NCBI GenBank assembly: GCA_021296415.1
Contig: JAGWAL010000013.1
Location: forward strand, 12,158-74,116
Source of the DNA: Acidimicrobiia bacterium
Lineage (GTDB): Bacteria > Actinomycetota > Acidimicrobiia > Acidimicrobiales > CATQHL01
Reading direction: 5' to 3'
DNA: 61,959 nucleotides
Every line of letters begins with the position of its first letter. Within the stretch, counting starts at the first letter, position 1. The position numbers and the translations under genes were made by a program. The notes below the pieces were generated by a model. That model worked only from the letters and a program-made list of their open reading frames with translations, did no database searches and was not told the DNA's origin. Shown piece by piece: positions 19,201 through 29,085 of this stretch.

Positions 19201-20547
19201 ATGCGGCGTGCATCCACTTGGCGCAGACTCCTGGTACCCATCGCGGCGGCGGCGCTCCTGGTGGCGGCCTGCGGCTCCGATGAGGAGGAGGCCCCCGCTC
19301 CTCCCCCACCGCCGGCCACCGAGGCAGCCGCTCCCGAACCGCCTCCGCCCCCGCCCGAGCCGCCGCCGGAGCCCGCGGCTCCCGAACCGGAGCCACCACC
19401 GGCACCCGAGCCGGAGGAACCGGCGGCCATGGGGTTCGACATCGACGCTGTCCTGGCGGCCGACCTGAACGACTGCGCGCCGGCGCCCACCGGCGACCCG
19501 CTGAAGATCGGCTTCGCCGCCGACCTGTCCGACCTGGGCGGCTTCGCCGACGCACCCGCCAGCCAGGCGGCCGGGTACTTCATCGACCTCATCAACTGCA
19601 CCGGCGGTGTGAACGGCACCCCGCTGGAGCTGACGATCCAGAACATCGAGGGAGACCCCGACGTCACCCAGCGCGCCGCCCAGGACCTGCTGGACGCCGG
19701 CGTGTCGGCGATCCTCGGCCCGCCGTTCCCGGACTTCGGCTTCCCGCTGCTGCAGGTCACCGCCGGCCAGGTGCCGGTGCTGTTCGTGGCCTCGACCGAG
19801 CCGACCCTGTCGGATCCGGCACAGCTGGCGTTCCTGGTGGCCTTCGACGACACCGCGCAGGCCAGCGCGGCGGCGGAGTTCGCGCTCGACCAGGGCTGGA
19901 CCACCGCCGCCACGTTCTCCTCGCCCGGCCCCTACTTCGGCTACAACCCCGAGATCTTCACCGAGGTGTTCGAGGCGGGCGGCGGAACGGTGATCGCCGA
20001 CTACAACTACGTGCCCATCGAGGACGTGGACTTCTCGTCGCAGGCCAACGAGATGGCGAATCTGGATGCGCCGCCGGACGTGGTGTACAGCGCGATGCTG
20101 GCCTTCCAGGCGGCCATCCTGCGCGGCCAGCTGGACGGCGTCGGCGTGGAGACCAGATTCCTCATCACCGACGCCTTCGAGGCCACCGGCGGCTACGCCG
20201 AGGGTGAGGCCGTGGAGGGCTTCTACCACACCACCCATTCCTTCCCCGCGCCCGGCAGCCGCGTGGTGATCCTCGACGAGGGCTTCGAAGCCACCACCGG
20301 CGCCGCCCTCGAGAACCCCTCCTTCGGGGGCCTCGCCGCCGACGCCATCGCCATGGTGATCGACGCCTTCCTGCGCACCGGGTCGCACGATCCGGCTGTG
20401 ATCGGCGCCGCCATCGCCGAGGCCCAGGGAGTCGAGGGCGTGACCGGCGTGCTGTCGTACCCCGGCGGCAGCGGCTCCCCGGAGAAGCCCGTCTACGTGC
20501 ACCAGGTCGTCGACGGGCAGCCCTCGCTGGCCGCAACCATCGGCTGA
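19201..20547 (+). CDS. ABC transporter substrate-binding lipoprotein (Liv/branched-chain-amino-acid type, periplasmic binding protein family)
   Basis: ATG 19201 in ORF 19132..20547. Signal peptide plus lipobox LLVAAC, then a roughly 50-aa Pro/Glu/Ala linker and a type I PBP-like body. Confidence 0.8.
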   Translation: MRRASTWRRLLVPIAAAALLVAACGSDEEEAPAPPPPPATEAAAPEPPPPPPEPPPEPAAPEPEPPPAPEPEEPAAMGFDIDAVLAADLNDCAPAPTGDPLKIGFAADLSDLGGFADAPASQAAGYFIDLINCTGGVNGTPLELTIQNIEGDPDVTQRAAQDLLDAGVSAILGPPFPDFGFPLLQVTAGQVPVLFVASTEPTLSDPAQLAFLVAFDDTAQASAAAEFALDQGWTTAATFSSPGPYFGYNPEIFTEVFEAGGGTVIADYNYVPIEDVDFSSQANEMANLDAPPDVVYSAMLAFQAAILRGQLDGVGVETRFLITDAFEATGGYAEGEAVEGFYHTTHSFPAPGSRVVILDEGFEATTGAALENPSFGGLAADAIAMVIDAFLRTGSHDPAVIGAAIAEAQGVEGVTGVLSYPGGSGSPEKPVYVHQVVDGQPSLAATIG

Positions 20548-20568
20548 CGGCCGGCCGCCAGCCTGAAC

Positions 20569-20599
20569 GACGCCGGGCGGAGACCATCCGCCGGGCGTC
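20569..20599 (+). terminator. strong hairpin (11 of 12 bp stem, 7-nt loop) after the binding-protein gene
   Basis: gacgccgggcgg-agaccat-ccgccgggcgtc, 22 nt after the stop. No U-tract, so it could be an intra-operon attenuator or mRNA stabiliser instead. Confidence 0.4.
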
Positions 20600-20710
20600 G
20601 CGCGTCCGGCACGATCCCCGTACCAATACCGTGTAGACAATCGAGTACATGCCCGGGAACGAGTCGCTCCGGTTGCGGCGCGGGTTGATGGATCGAGCCG
20701 GATCGGCACG

Positions 20711-21598
20711 ATGACCGAACTCCTGCAGCAACTCGTCGACGGGATCGGGCGCGGCAGCATCTACGCCCTGCTGGCGCTCGGCATCGCCGTCATCTTCGGC
20801 GTCATGCACCTCGTCAACTTCGCCCACGGCGAACTCATCACGGTGAGCGCCTATGTCGGCTACGGGCTCTTCACACTCGGGCTGCACTGGTGGGCGCTGG
20901 TGCCGGCGATCCTGGCGTCCTCGATGCTGACGGCGCTGGGGATCGAGTTCGCCGCCTTCCGCTGGGTGCGCAACTCGTCGGACTTCACGATGGTGCTCAC
21001 CTCCTTCGGCGTCCACTTCGTGGTGCAGGCGCTGTTCATCATGGGCGTCTCCGCCAACCGGCGCGCCTTCGCCCGCCCGAGTTGGCTCTTCGAGACCGTC
21101 AGCGTGGGAGGCGTGAACCTGGAGGTCTACGACCTGGTGGTCATCGGTGTCACACTCCTCACACTCGCCGGCACCGTGTGGCTGGTGCGCCGCACGATGT
21201 TCGGCATGACGCTCCGGGCCGCGGCCGACGACTTCGAGGCCGCCCGCCTGATGGGCGTGCGCAGCAACCGGGTGATCCGCGGTGCGTTCGTGCTGTCCGG
21301 AGCGCTGGCCGGTGTGGCCGCCGTCTTCTGGCTGATGCGCACCGGGCAGGCGGACCCGACAGCCGGACTCACCCCCATGCTGAAGGGTGTGCTGGCCGCG
21401 CTCATCGGGGGGCTGGGCAGCCTGGGGGGCGCCGTCGTGGGCGGTCTGGCGCTGGGCCTCGTGGAGGTCCTGCTGATCTCGCGCCTGCCCGACGGCGTGG
21501 TGGGACTCACCGACGGGATGGTGTTCCTCTGCATCGCCCTGCTGTTCGTCTTCCGACCGCAGGGGATCGTCACCATCCGCCGGGCCGAGAGGGTCTGA
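20711..21598 (+). CDS. branched-chain amino acid ABC transporter permease (LivH type)
   Basis: ORF 20711..21598, MTELLQQLVDGIGRGSIYALLALG..., polytopic. Confidence 0.88.
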   Translation: MTELLQQLVDGIGRGSIYALLALGIAVIFGVMHLVNFAHGELITVSAYVGYGLFTLGLHWWALVPAILASSMLTALGIEFAAFRWVRNSSDFTMVLTSFGVHFVVQALFIMGVSANRRAFARPSWLFETVSVGGVNLEVYDLVVIGVTLLTLAGTVWLVRRTMFGMTLRAAADDFEAARLMGVRSNRVIRGAFVLSGALAGVAAVFWLMRTGQADPTAGLTPMLKGVLAALIGGLGSLGGAVVGGLALGLVEVLLISRLPDGVVGLTDGMVFLCIALLFVFRPQGIVTIRRAERV

Positions 21599-21783
21599 GA
21601 GCCATGTCGCTCCGGATCGAGGCAAGAGAACCCCGAGCGAGGGCGGTGGGGCGGGGCGCCGTTCTGCTCCTCCGACGCAGGCGTGCAAGAGTCGTCGCAG
21701 GGACCCCGGCAGCTCCCGCGATCTCGCCAGGGGGTCGAGGAATGACACCCCGACGCCTCCCGGCTGCAGCGAAGGGCTGCGGC

Positions 21784-23640
21784 ATGAGCGGTGATCCGGT
21801 GCGGCACGTGCTGGGGCCGATCCTGGGGTCGGTGGCGCTGTTCGGGCTGCTGGTGGGTGGCGCTCTGGCCTACACCGCCACGGGCGGGGCGGCACGCGAC
21901 GACCTCGTCACCCAGATGCTCATCAACGGCATCATGGTGGTGGGCATCGGGGTCTACGTGGGCAACACCGGCGTCATGTCCTTCGGCCACATCGGCTTCG
22001 GCGCCATCGCCGGCTACACGTTCGCGGTGCTCGCCATCTCGCCCGAGCGCAAAGCCCAGATCATTCCCGACGCTCCGTTCGGACTGGCCGACGTGAGCCT
22101 GCCGCCCGCGGTTGCGGTGCTCGTGGCGATAGGCGTCACGCTGGTTGCCGCGGTGGTCATCGGGTTGGGCCTCACCCGTTCGGGCGCACGCACCGGCGCC
22201 ATCTCGGCGGCCGTGATCACCCTCGCCCTCCTCTTCGTGGTGCACGAGGTGGCCCGCAACTGGACGGATCTCACCGGAGGAGGCCGCTCGGGTATCAGCT
22301 TCAGCCTCGGCAACAAGCTGGAGGGCCGCACCTGGATCTACGTCCTGCTCTTCGCCTCGATCCTGGTGGCCCGGCTGTTCCGCCAGACCCGCATCGGGCG
22401 CCTGGCCCAAGCGGCCCGGGAGGACGACCTGGCGGCACGGGCCGTCGGCATCGACCCCGCAACCCAGCAGATGGTCGCGCTGGCGCTGTCGGTCGTCATC
22501 GTGGCGGTGGGCTCGGCGCTGCGCGTCTACGCGCTGGGGGTCATCACCCCGCGGTTCTTCTTCTTCGAGTACACGCTCATCACGCTGGCGATGCTCATCG
22601 TCGGCGGGCGCAACAGCGTGACCGGCGCTCTGCTGGGCGTCGTCGTCATGACGATCGGCCTCGAAGCCATGCGCTACGTGGCCGGCCCGGACGTGAACGT
22701 GGCGGCGCTGGACTGGCTGCTGCGCGACGGGCTCACGGGCATCTTCCTGGGCGGGGCGATGTTGGGGTTCATGATCTTCCGCTCCTCGGGCCTGCTGGAC
22801 GACTGGGAGCTCGACGCCTGGCTGCGGCGCCGCCGGCGTCGCCGGCGATCGGCCCGGCCGGACGCGGCACCCCCTGCGGGCGAACTCCCGCCCCCGCAGG
22901 TGAACTCCCTCGCCACGTCGGACGTGACGGTGGACTTCGGCGGCTTCCGCGCCCTCGAGGGTGCCCACGTCGAGGTGAGGGGGGACGAAGTGGTCGGGCT
23001 CATCGGCCCGAACGGGGCGGGCAAGACCACGCTGCTGAACGTCATGGGTGGCGTCGTCACCCCCACCTCCGGTCGCTGCATCGCCGCGGGCCGGGATCTC
23101 ACGGGGGCCTCCGCCCATGCCGTGGCCCGCGGGGGGTTGGTGCGTACCTTCCAGAACCTCCGGCTCTTCGGCTCCCTGACCGTGCAGGAGAACGTCGAGG
23201 CGGCGGCTCTGATGGCCGAGCGGCATCGTGCGGAGAGACCGGGGCCGGATGTCGAGTCGCTGCTGCGCGGCGTGGGCATCTGGGAGCACCGGCACCGCCG
23301 TGCCCGAGAGTTGGACTACGGCAACGCCAGGCGCCTCGAGTTGGTCCGGGCCGCCGCCGCCCGTCCCGATTTCCTGCTCCTCGACGAGCCCACCAGCGGG
23401 ATGAGCGACGCCGAGTCGCTGGAGATGATCGACCGGGTAAGGACCACGGCGGCCGCCGTCGGCGCGGGTGTGCTGGTCATCGATCACGATCTGAACTTCA
23501 TCATCGGGATCTGCGACCGGGTGTTCACACTCGATCAGGGGAAGATCATCGCCGTGGGCACCCCGGCGGAGATCCAGGCCAACCCCCTGGTGCAGGCCGC
23601 CTACCTGGGCTCGGATCTCCGCACGCCGGGAGAGACGTGA
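21784..23640 (+). CDS. fused ABC permease (LivM type) and ATP-binding protein (LivG type)
   Basis: ATG 21784 in ORF 20890..23640. The N-terminal half is hydrophobic and LivM-like. An Arg-run linker (WLRRRRRRRRSARP) follows, then Walker A GPNGAGKTT, YGNARRLE and Walker B LLLDEP. The start is uncertain (in-frame ATGs also at about 21604 and 21742). Confidence 0.8.
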   Translation: MSGDPVRHVLGPILGSVALFGLLVGGALAYTATGGAARDDLVTQMLINGIMVVGIGVYVGNTGVMSFGHIGFGAIAGYTFAVLAISPERKAQIIPDAPFGLADVSLPPAVAVLVAIGVTLVAAVVIGLGLTRSGARTGAISAAVITLALLFVVHEVARNWTDLTGGGRSGISFSLGNKLEGRTWIYVLLFASILVARLFRQTRIGRLAQAAREDDLAARAVGIDPATQQMVALALSVVIVAVGSALRVYALGVITPRFFFFEYTLITLAMLIVGGRNSVTGALLGVVVMTIGLEAMRYVAGPDVNVAALDWLLRDGLTGIFLGGAMLGFMIFRSSGLLDDWELDAWLRRRRRRRRSARPDAAPPAGELPPPQVNSLATSDVTVDFGGFRALEGAHVEVRGDEVVGLIGPNGAGKTTLLNVMGGVVTPTSGRCIAAGRDLTGASAHAVARGGLVRTFQNLRLFGSLTVQENVEAAALMAERHRAERPGPDVESLLRGVGIWEHRHRRARELDYGNARRLELVRAAAARPDFLLLDEPTSGMSDAESLEMIDRVRTTAAAVGAGVLVIDHDLNFIIGICDRVFTLDQGKIIAVGTPAEIQANPLVQAAYLGSDLRTPGET

Positions 23641-24611
23641 TGCGCGCCGTGCTCCTCAGCGAGTTCGGCGCCCCCGTGCGCCTCGTCGAGGATCACCCCG
23701 ACCCCGCGGCCGACGGCGGAGAGGTCATCGACGTGATCGCCTGCGGTGTGTGCCACTCCGACCTGCACATCTCCGAAGGCCTCTTCCCCATCGCCCTGCC
23801 GCGGATACTCGGGCACGAGGTGACCGGCATGCACCCGCGGCTGGGCCCCGTGATGGTCTACGCGCCCTGGGGATGCGGACGCTGCGCCGACTGCGAGGCC
23901 TCCCTGGAGATGATCTGCGCCGACGCCGCCGAGGCCGGCATCTTCTCCGACGGCGGCTACGCCGAGCGGATGGCTGTGCGGGAGGCCCGCTACCTGGCGC
24001 CCCTCGGCGACCTCGACCCCGTCGCCGCGGCACCGCTGGCCTGCGGCGGGCTCACCGCCTACCGGGCCGTCGGGCACACGCTGGATCTGCTGCGACGCCG
24101 CGGCCCCGGGGCCCGGGCCACCGTGATCGGCGCCGGTGGGCTGGGGCAGTTCGCCATCCGCTACCTGCGGCTGCTCAGCGACGCCACCGTCGTGGCCGCC
24201 GACACCGCGGCGGCCAAGCGGGCCACCGCCTGCGAGATCGGCGCGGACGAGGCCGTCGATCCCGGCGACGGCGTGCCGCCGACCGACGTGGTGCTGGACT
24301 TCATCGGCGCGGACGTCACGCTGGCCCAGGCTGCGGGCGCCGTGCGCAAGCGCGGCCTGGTGGTCGTCATCGGGCTCTTCGGCGGCAGGATCCCGTGGGG
24401 TTTCGGCGCCTGGCCACACGAGGTGCAGTTCATGAACAGCGTGTGGGGCACCCGGGCGCAACTCGACGAGCTGCTTTCGCTGGCCGCCCGCGAGCCCTCG
24501 ATCATCCAGCCTGTGGAGACCCTGCCCCTCGAGCGGGCGGCCGAGGCGCACGAGCGGGTGCGCACCGGAGACCTGCGGGGGCGGCTGGTCCTGACGGTCC
24601 GCGGCCGCTGA
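23640..24611 (+). CDS. zinc-dependent alcohol dehydrogenase (MDR family)
   Basis: ORF 23637..24611 with GVCHSDLH, GHEVTG, the CGRCADC structural-Zn motif and GAGGLG. The ATG overlaps the livMG stop. Confidence 0.88.
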   Translation: MRAVLLSEFGAPVRLVEDHPDPAADGGEVIDVIACGVCHSDLHISEGLFPIALPRILGHEVTGMHPRLGPVMVYAPWGCGRCADCEASLEMICADAAEAGIFSDGGYAERMAVREARYLAPLGDLDPVAAAPLACGGLTAYRAVGHTLDLLRRRGPGARATVIGAGGLGQFAIRYLRLLSDATVVAADTAAAKRATACEIGADEAVDPGDGVPPTDVVLDFIGADVTLAQAAGAVRKRGLVVVIGLFGGRIPWGFGAWPHEVQFMNSVWGTRAQLDELLSLAAREPSIIQPVETLPLERAAEAHERVRTGDLRGRLVLTVRGR

Positions 24612-24626
24612 AGCGCCCGGCGATCG

Positions 24627-25886
24627 ATGGACCCCGCCAGCTCGGTGACCAGCAATCCGCTGGACGTGGCGGCGCCGAGCCTGTACCTGGACGGCATCCC
24701 GCACGACCGCTTCGCCGCCATGCGGGCCGCGCCCGGCCTCACCTGGCACCCGTACGACGAGGGCGGCTTCTGGGCCGTCACCCGCCACGGCGACGTGCGC
24801 GCCGTGTCCCGGAACCCGGCGATCTTCTCCTCCGGAATCGGCCACACCAACCTCTGGGATCTGGAGGCCGACGCCCTGGAGGCCCGCCGCTCGCTCATCG
24901 ACACCGACGCACCCACACACACCCGGCTCCGGCGGATCGTCAGCCGCCACTTCACGCCCCGCAGCACCGCGCGGTTCACTGCGGTGACGCGCGCCATCGC
25001 CGCCGAGCTGCTCGACGGCTTCGTGGCGTCCGGTGGTGGGGACTGGGTCAGAGCCGTGGCGGCGCCGCTGCCGATCCGGGTCATCATGCTGATCCTCGGG
25101 ATACCCGAGGCCGATGCCGACCACCTCGTCGAGTTGTCGGACCACCTCGTGGACGGGACCGGCGACCGACCCACGCTGCCGCCCGACGCCTTCGGCAACA
25201 CGACGCCACTGCGGCTGTTGCCGTTCGGGAGTGCCGCCAGCCACGCCCTCTTCGTCTACGGCGAGGAGTTGGGCGAGCGTCGCCGGGCCGCGCCGGCCGC
25301 AGACCTGGTGACCGAGCTGGTGCGGGCCGCCGACGGGGGCGGGCTCAGCCCGGCCGAATACCGCAACTTCTTCCACCTGCTCGTGTTCGCCGGCAACGAG
25401 ACCACGCGGACCGCGCTCGTACACGGGGCACTGGCGTTCGCCGAACATCCCGAGCAACTGAGGCTGCTTCGCCACCGTCCCGAACTCCTCGACGGGGCCA
25501 CCGAGGAGGTGCTGCGCTGGGCCACACCGGTCCTGCACATGCGCCGCACCGCCCGCCGCGACACCGCCCTGGCGGGCACGGCCGTCAGCGCCGGCGACAA
25601 GGTGGTGATGTGGTACGCCTCGGCCAATCGCGATCCGGAGGCGTTCGATGACCCGTTCCGCTTCGACGTGTCACGCTCGCCCAACGAGCACTTCGCCTTC
25701 GGGGGCGGCGGGCATCACTTCTGCCTCGGCGCCTCCCTGGCACGCATGGAGATCAGGGTGCTCCTGGAGGAACTCCTGAAGCGACGCATCGGCCTTCGTG
25801 CGGCCGGCGCGCCGCGGCGGATCGCCTCGAACTTCGTGCACGGCGTAGCGTCGGTGTCCATGCAACCGGTGGAGCCGGACCCGTGA
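24627..25886 (+). CDS. cytochrome P450 (copy 2)
   Basis: ORF 24627..25886 with FAGNETT, EEVLR and FGGGGHHFCLG. Confidence 0.92.
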   Translation: MDPASSVTSNPLDVAAPSLYLDGIPHDRFAAMRAAPGLTWHPYDEGGFWAVTRHGDVRAVSRNPAIFSSGIGHTNLWDLEADALEARRSLIDTDAPTHTRLRRIVSRHFTPRSTARFTAVTRAIAAELLDGFVASGGGDWVRAVAAPLPIRVIMLILGIPEADADHLVELSDHLVDGTGDRPTLPPDAFGNTTPLRLLPFGSAASHALFVYGEELGERRRAAPAADLVTELVRAADGGGLSPAEYRNFFHLLVFAGNETTRTALVHGALAFAEHPEQLRLLRHRPELLDGATEEVLRWATPVLHMRRTARRDTALAGTAVSAGDKVVMWYASANRDPEAFDDPFRFDVSRSPNEHFAFGGGGHHFCLGASLARMEIRVLLEELLKRRIGLRAAGAPRRIASNFVHGVASVSMQPVEPDP

Positions 25887-27049
25887 GCGCGCCGCTGGAG
25901 GGCATCCTCGTGGTCACGCTGGAGAACGCCGTGTCGGCGCCGTTCACGACCCGCCATCTGGCCGATCTGGGGGCCAGGGTGCTGAAGGTGGAGCGCCCGC
26001 CACTGGGCGATTTCGCCCGTCACTACGACAGCAGGCTGGCCGGCGAGTCCACTTACTTCGTCTGGGGCAACCGGGGCAAGGACAGCATCGCGCTCGACCT
26101 GCGCGATCCGGCGCAGCGGGAGCGGTTCGACGAGTTGGTTGCCGGAGCCGACGTGTTCGTCCAGAACCTCTCCCCCGGCGCCGCCCGCCGCGCCGGCGTG
26201 CTCGCCGAGCAGCTCGTGGCCCGCCATCCCCACCTGGTGGCCTGCGACATCTCGGGCTACGGCATCGACGGGCCGCGGGCCGACGACAAGGCCTACGACC
26301 TCGTCGTGCAGGCCGAGGCGGGCGCCGTGGCGCTCACCGGCGACCCCGATCGCATGAGCAAGGTGGGCTTCTCCGTCGCCGACATCTGCGCCGGGATGTA
26401 CGCCCTCAGCGCCATCCTGGCGGCGCTGCACCGCCGCTCCCGCACCGGCGAGGGGGCGGCGATCTCGCTGTCGATGCTGGAGTGCCTGGCCGAGTGGACG
26501 GCACCGCAGACCTACGCCTCGGTCGCCGACGGCGCTCCGCCCACCCGATCCGCCCGGCGACACTCGCTCATCGCCCCGTACGGGCTGTTCGAACTCGCCG
26601 ACGGCGCCGTGATCATGCTGGCGGTGCAGTCCAACGCCGAGTGGGTGGTGCTGGCGACCGACGTGATGGAGCGACCCGGGCTGGCGACCGATCCCCGCTT
26701 CGCCGAGAACGCCGACCGGGTCGTCAACGTGGAGGAGTTGGAGGCCGAACTGAGCGCCGCTCTCGCCGCCGAGCCGGCGCCGACGGTGCTGGAGAAGCTT
26801 CGCCGGGCGCGCATCGCCTTCGGCCAGGTGAACGGCCCGCTGGAGGTCGCCGACCACGAGCAACTCCGGGCGCGGGGCCGGTTCGCCGACGTGGACCTGC
26901 CGGGAGGCCACACGACGGTGCTCCGCCCACCGTTCAACATCAGCGACGGGGGCGAGCCGCGGAGCCGGGTTCCCGCCCTCGGCGAGCACGATCCCGCACT
27001 CGTGGACGAACTGGTGGCACGCGCCCGGCGCCGAGCCGGCGAGGCGTAG
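25883..27049 (+). CDS. family III CoA-transferase (CaiB/BaiF/racemase fold)
   Basis: ORF 25883..27049, ...LEGILVVTLENAVSAPF...LADLGARVLKVERP...NRGKDSIALDL... GTGA overlap with the P450 stop. Confidence 0.85.
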   Translation: MSAPLEGILVVTLENAVSAPFTTRHLADLGARVLKVERPPLGDFARHYDSRLAGESTYFVWGNRGKDSIALDLRDPAQRERFDELVAGADVFVQNLSPGAARRAGVLAEQLVARHPHLVACDISGYGIDGPRADDKAYDLVVQAEAGAVALTGDPDRMSKVGFSVADICAGMYALSAILAALHRRSRTGEGAAISLSMLECLAEWTAPQTYASVADGAPPTRSARRHSLIAPYGLFELADGAVIMLAVQSNAEWVVLATDVMERPGLATDPRFAENADRVVNVEELEAELSAALAAEPAPTVLEKLRRARIAFGQVNGPLEVADHEQLRARGRFADVDLPGGHTTVLRPPFNISDGGEPRSRVPALGEHDPALVDELVARARRRAGEA

Positions 27050-27051
27050 CG

Positions 27052-27759
27052 ATGCTGCAGATCGAGTCGCTCACCACCCGCTACGGGTCGATCGCCGCGC
27101 TGCGGACCGCCACGCTACGGGTCGGCGAGGGCGAGATCGTGGGGGTGATCGGCCCCAACGGCGCCGGCAAGACGACGCTGTTGAACTCCGTCGCCGGCCT
27201 CCTCAGCCCGGCCGCCGGGCGCGTCCTGCTGGACGGCAGGGACGTCACCGGAGCGGCGCCCGACCGGATGCTGCGGGCCGGCGTGGCCCTGGTCCCCGAG
27301 CACCGCCGGCTGTTCGCCGACCTGACGGTGCGCGAGAACCTGCTCGTGGCCGGGATCACCGCAACCGCCCGCCGGCGCGCCGAGCGCGTCGAGGAAATGG
27401 CCGAACTGTTCCCGGTGCTGGGCGACCGGCGGGAGGTGCCCGCCGGCTACCTCTCCGGAGGCGAGGCCCAGCAACTCGCCATCGCCCGCGCCCTCATGAG
27501 CGCTCCCCGGATACTGCTGATGGACGAGCCGTCTCTCGGGCTGGCCCCCACGCTCGTGGACCTGGTGTTCGACCTCATCGGCCGGTTGGCCGCCGCCGGG
27601 CAGACCCTGCTGGTGGTCGAACAGAACGCCCACCGCATGCTGGGCGCCTGCGACCGGGCCTACATCATGCGCTCCGGCGAGATCGCCACGGAGGGATCGG
27701 GCCGGGAGCTGCTGCAGCGCAAGGACCTGTTCGACACCTACCTCGGCCCCTCCGGCTGA
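27052..27759 (+). CDS. ABC transporter ATP-binding protein (LivF type)
   Basis: ATG 27052 in ORF 26482..27759. Contains GPNGAGKTT, LSGGEAQQLAIARAL and LLMDEPS. Starts 2 nt after the CoA-transferase stop. Confidence 0.88.
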   Translation: MLQIESLTTRYGSIAALRTATLRVGEGEIVGVIGPNGAGKTTLLNSVAGLLSPAAGRVLLDGRDVTGAAPDRMLRAGVALVPEHRRLFADLTVRENLLVAGITATARRRAERVEEMAELFPVLGDRREVPAGYLSGGEAQQLAIARALMSAPRILLMDEPSLGLAPTLVDLVFDLIGRLAAAGQTLLVVEQNAHRMLGACDRAYIMRSGEIATEGSGRELLQRKDLFDTYLGPSG

Positions 27760-27778
27760 CCGGAGCCGGCCGCGCCCC

Positions 27779-29065
27779 TCAGAGGTACGGCAGGTACGTG
27801 TCGAGTTCCCAGTCGGTGACGTGGGCAGTGAACTGCGCCCACTCGGTGCGCTTGACGGCGGTGAACTGCGCCACCGTCTCGGCGCCGAAGGCCTCGACGA
27901 AGGTCTCGTCGGCCTCCAGTTCGTCGAGGGCCTCGGCCAGAGAGCCGGGCGCGTGCACCTCGCAGCTGACGTTCTCGAGACCGTCGAGTGTCTCCGGCGG
28001 CGGGCACTCCAGTTCGTCGGCGACCCCGAGGCGGCTTGCCGTCAGGATCGCGGCGGCGGCGATGTGCGGGCTGGCCGCCGGGTCGGCGAGGCGGTTCTCC
28101 AGGCGGGTGGACGAGCCGCGTTCGGGGTTCACCCGCACCGTCGTGCAGCGGTGGTCGTGCCCCCAGTTCTGCCAGTAGCCGCAGAGCTGTGCCGGGGCCA
28201 GGCGCTTGTAGGAGTTGACCGTGGGACAGCACAGCGCCGTCATCGGCCGCAGGTACGCCAGTTGCCCGGCGATGCACTGCTTGGCGAGCGTCGAGAGGCC
28301 GTCGGGAGCGGCGTGATCCACGAGGGCGAGGTCCCCCGAGTCGTCAACGAAGCTGAGGTTCACGTGCAGGCCGTTGCCGCCCCGGTCGGCGATCGGCTTT
28401 GGCAGGAAGGTCAGCAGGAGGTCCCGCTCCGCCGCAACCTCCCGCGCCATCGTCTTGAACAGGAACGCCTCGTCGGCGGCGGCGATGGCGTCGTCGTAGA
28501 CCAGCGTGAACTCGAACTGGCTCTCGTCGTACTCGGCGTTCACCGACTCCAGGGAGAACCCGCACGCCGCCGCCTGCGTCACGATGTCGCGGCAGACACC
28601 CGACGGGTCGTTGAAGTGCCCGGTGCCGTAGACGAAGGATCCGGGCGCGCCGTACGGCTTCCAGCCGCCGTCACCGTCGGGCCCCATGAGGTAGGCCTCG
28701 AACTCGTAGCCCACCTTGGGCGTGAACCCCCTGTCCTCCCAGGCGGCCACGGCGCGACGCAACACCTCCCGGGGCGCGAAGGGAATCGGTGCGCCCTCGA
28801 AGGTGAGGTCACCGACGACGACACCGACGCCCTCCTCCCAGCCGGGGCGCACGTCGTCGAGGCTCAGGCTGCACGTCAGGTCGGGCATGCCCTCCAGGAA
28901 ACCCGCCCCGGGCACGGGCCCCATGTAACGGTCGTAGTTGAGCGCGAAGGACGTGATGCAGTGCCGCGCCCCGCCGGCCGCCACCGCGGCGGGCAGGTAC
29001 TTGCCGCGCGGCAGGTTCAGATGATCGGGCCAGAGCACGCGGATCTGCTGGTACTCGGCACTCAC
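27779..29065 (-). CDS. glutamine synthetase-fold ligase (gamma-glutamyl-amine synthetase candidate)
   Basis: ORF 27779..29119. GTG at 29065 has AGGAGG 6 nt upstream. GS catalytic-domain motifs present: GGNGLHVNLSF, PTVNSYKRL and RLENRLADPAASPH. Confidence 0.85.
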   Translation of the reverse strand: MSAEYQQIRVLWPDHLNLPRGKYLPAAVAAGGARHCITSFALNYDRYMGPVPGAGFLEGMPDLTCSLSLDDVRPGWEEGVGVVVGDLTFEGAPIPFAPREVLRRAVAAWEDRGFTPKVGYEFEAYLMGPDGDGGWKPYGAPGSFVYGTGHFNDPSGVCRDIVTQAAACGFSLESVNAEYDESQFEFTLVYDDAIAAADEAFLFKTMAREVAAERDLLLTFLPKPIADRGGNGLHVNLSFVDDSGDLALVDHAAPDGLSTLAKQCIAGQLAYLRPMTALCCPTVNSYKRLAPAQLCGYWQNWGHDHRCTTVRVNPERGSSTRLENRLADPAASPHIAAAAILTASRLGVADELECPPPETLDGLENVSCEVHAPGSLAEALDELEADETFVEAFGAETVAQFTAVKRTEWAQFTAHVTDWELDTYLPYL

Positions 29066-29085
29066 GGCGCACCTCCTGTCTGTCT

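Noticed and set aside
19260-19420. Proline-rich repetitive stretch (PPPPEPPPEPAAPEPEPPPAPEPEEP) considered as a separate repeat feature or frameshift-prone region.
   Set aside because: It is in frame within the binding lipoprotein, directly after the lipobox. It looks like the flexible tether common in actinobacterial lipoproteins.
21599-21783. Possible small gene or 5' extension of the LivM-LivG gene (in-frame ATGs near 21604 and 21742).
   Set aside because: The extra residues are Arg/Ala/Pro-rich with no membrane segment or motif. I kept ATG 21784, directly preceding the first hydrophobic helix, and flagged the start as uncertain.
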